DNA of 27,039 nucleotides from an uncultured bacterium (GTDB lineage Bacteria; Bacteroidota; Bacteroidia; CAILMK01): NCBI GenBank assembly GCA_965363965.1, contig CBDTVD010000001.1, positions 1 to 27,039 of the forward strand, read 5' to 3'. Shown piece by piece: positions 24,915 to 27,039 of this stretch (position 1 is its first letter; each line of letters starts with the position of its first letter). The notes under the pieces were generated by a model. It saw only the letters and a program-made list of their open reading frames with translations, ran no database searches and was not told where the DNA came from. The position numbers and the translations under genes were made by a program.

Positions 24915-27035
24915 TTGCAGTCAACCGTCATCCTCGATTACCCTTGGTGGTGGGCAGGGCTTTGCATTATAGGGGGTTTGTTCTTCGGCTGGCTGGCTTA
25001 TCGGCACACCTCATTCAGCAGCGGAGGCAGGCAATGGGGCTGGCCTACATGGGCGATGGCAGCTTTGCGCGGTCTGCTTATAGCAATTCTGCTTTTTTTT
25101 CTGCTGGGCCCTGTGCTGAAGCTTGTGGATAAAAATCTTGAAAAGCCGATTGCCGCGCTGCTTGTTGACAATAGCCAATCTGTGGTTGCCGGAAAAGATT
25201 CTGCCGCTGAGGCCCGCAGAATCACAGAGATTGTTAATAATCTGGCCGATGGATTAAGTGAAAAATTCAATGTGAAAATGGTGCTGTTTGGCGACAAGGC
25301 ATCGGGTGGGGCCAAGCCCGATTTTTCACAGTCATCCACCAACCTGGCCGCTGGTTTCGATGAAGTGTTCAACCAGTTCTATAATCAGAATCTGGGGGCG
25401 GTAATCGCTATATCAGATGGCATAAGCAACAGCGGAGCCGACCCGCTTTCAGCTTCTGCAAGGCTGTCCGCCCCCATCTACGCAGTGGCTTTGGGCGACA
25501 CCACCCCAAAAAGAGATGCATTTATCAGGGATGCAAAAACAAATGCCATCTCCTATTTAGGCAATAGTTTTCCTGTGCTGGTGCAGTTTGGGGCCAGGGG
25601 ATATTTGGGTGGCAATGCTCAGTTGTCTATCAGCCGGAAAGGAAAATCGCTCGCTGTGCAAAACATAGCCTTGCAGGCTGACAACTTTGCGTCGGAAGCA
25701 ACCTTTTTTATCAAAGCAGATGCACCAGGCATTCAGAAATATACCATCACTTTAAGTCCCCAGTCTGGCGAAGCCACCCTCAAGAACAATGCTTTTGACA
25801 TTTATGTAGAGGTGCTTGATGCAAGGAAAAAGGTATTGATAATTGGCAGCGTGCCCCATCCGGATATCGGTGCAATCAAGGGGATAATAGAGCGCAGTGA
25901 ACTTTATGAGGTAACCGTGGGCACAATCTCAGAGCTTGCCGCAGCAAATGCCCTGACTGCGGAGAAGTTAAAAAGTTTTGGACTGGTGATTTTGCATGGC
26001 CTGCCAGCACAAACTGCCGGCTCAGCCCAGCTGATGGCGGCGCTTGATGCCCAGCCGATCTCGCAGTTTTATTTTCTTTCGACTTCTGCCAATTTCAATC
26101 AACTCAGCGGTATTAATGGCGGCCTAAGCCTGCGGCCAAGCGGGGGCAGGGTAAGTGATGTTGGTTCATATGTCAACAGCAGTTTCGCGCCTTTCAATCT
26201 GCCTGATGGCATAAATGACTTGCTGCCCTTTTTGCCGCCCATTACTGCCCCGTTTGGCGATTATTCAGTCGCCGACCGAAGCGGAATTGCATTGCTGCAA
26301 ACCGTTGGGGCTGTGAAAAGCCCCATGCCATTGCTGATGTTCGGAAGAAAGATCAACGGCACCAAAGTTGGATTTTTTACAGGCGAGGGCATTTTCAGAT
26401 GGTTGCCCGTGGCGGCATCAAAAGGCAAAAGTTCCATCGTTGAGGAGTTGATTGCCAAATCAGTTCAATATCTTTCGCTGCAGGCTGATAATCGTTTATT
26501 TAGGCTGAAGCCGTCTAAAAACCTTTACAGCGATGAAGAACGCATAACTTTTGATGCTGAAGTCTATAATCAGAATTATGAAGCCGACACTGGCGCTGAA
26601 ATCAGCCTGCAATTGACAAGCAGCACCGGCAAAAAATTTGATTATAAGCTGCAGCCCTCGGGGCGCCGTTATTCAATAGATATCGGGACTTTGCCGGCAG
26701 GTGAATATGCCTATGCTGCGGTGGCACTTGCCCGCGGCAAGCGGTACACTGCCAGTGGGGCATTTTCAGTTCAAACCATCGAACTTGAATACATCCAAAC
26801 TGTCGCCGACCATGCGCTCCTCAGGTCAATCAGCAATGCAAGCGGCGGCCAGCTTCTTTTACCCGGTGAAGCTGAGCTGATCATTGAACAGCTGAATGCC
26901 AGCCAGCAATTTGCGCCAACGAGTTATTTGGAAACAGCTTATAGGGCCCTGATTGAGCTCAAGTGGCTGTTTTTCCTTGTGCTGAGCATAGCTGCTGCAG
27001 AATGGTTTATGAGCCGGTGGTTCGGCAGTTATTGA
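24915..27035 (+). CDS. Membrane-anchored vWA-domain protein
   Basis: Two N-terminal TM helices, MIDAS-like LLVDNSQS..STNL..ISDG, downstream beta-rich and alpha/beta segments, C-terminal TM (KWLFFLVLSIAAAEWF). TTG start. Confidence 0.8.
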   Translation: MQSTVILDYPWWWAGLCIIGGLFFGWLAYRHTSFSSGGRQWGWPTWAMAALRGLLIAILLFFLLGPVLKLVDKNLEKPIAALLVDNSQSVVAGKDSAAEARRITEIVNNLADGLSEKFNVKMVLFGDKASGGAKPDFSQSSTNLAAGFDEVFNQFYNQNLGAVIAISDGISNSGADPLSASARLSAPIYAVALGDTTPKRDAFIRDAKTNAISYLGNSFPVLVQFGARGYLGGNAQLSISRKGKSLAVQNIALQADNFASEATFFIKADAPGIQKYTITLSPQSGEATLKNNAFDIYVEVLDARKKVLIIGSVPHPDIGAIKGIIERSELYEVTVGTISELAAANALTAEKLKSFGLVILHGLPAQTAGSAQLMAALDAQPISQFYFLSTSANFNQLSGINGGLSLRPSGGRVSDVGSYVNSSFAPFNLPDGINDLLPFLPPITAPFGDYSVADRSGIALLQTVGAVKSPMPLLMFGRKINGTKVGFFTGEGIFRWLPVAASKGKSSIVEELIAKSVQYLSLQADNRLFRLKPSKNLYSDEERITFDAEVYNQNYEADTGAEISLQLTSSTGKKFDYKLQPSGRRYSIDIGTLPAGEYAYAAVALARGKRYTASGAFSVQTIELEYIQTVADHALLRSISNASGGQLLLPGEAELIIEQLNASQQFAPTSYLETAYRALIELKWLFFLVLSIAAAEWFMSRWFGSY

Positions 27036-27039
27036 ACCC

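Noticed and set aside
1-27039. CRISPR arrays, IS elements, recoded stops or frameshifted pseudogenes
   Set aside because: No regularly spaced direct repeats or transposase motifs seen; all major ORFs are intact in the standard code.

Overview
Chromosomal window from a Bacteroidota genome, judged from a T9SS-type C-terminal sorting domain, repeated TAnnTTTG -7 promoter elements, and the Bacteroidota-style exbB-exbD-exbD-tonB operon and surA-moxR pair. It is densely coding, reads cleanly in the standard bacterial code, and shows no integrase, transposase, phage gene or CRISPR array. Content in order: surA (5'-truncated), MoxR ATPase, DAACS symporter, APC permease, exbB-exbD-exbD-tonB-small membrane protein-PstS-like lipoprotein-TPR protein, a convergent second exbB-exbD pair, four tRNAs (Ser-GCT, Pro-TGG, Arg-TCT, Leu-GAG), an Opp/Dpp-type binding protein plus two permeases without an ATPase, a short-chain prenyl diphosphate synthase, a DUF2490-like barrel, a T9SS-secreted FN3/gingipain(C25)-like protein, a MATE exporter, a second APC permease and a membrane vWA protein. 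The most interesting signal is the secreted protein, which keeps gingipain-like scaffold motifs but appears to carry Cys where the catalytic His should be and Ser where the catalytic Cys should be. Next are the extended TonB motor operon with a degenerate orphan binding protein, and the unusual inserts and motif changes in the amino-acid and peptide transporters. All family calls are by eye; no database search was run.
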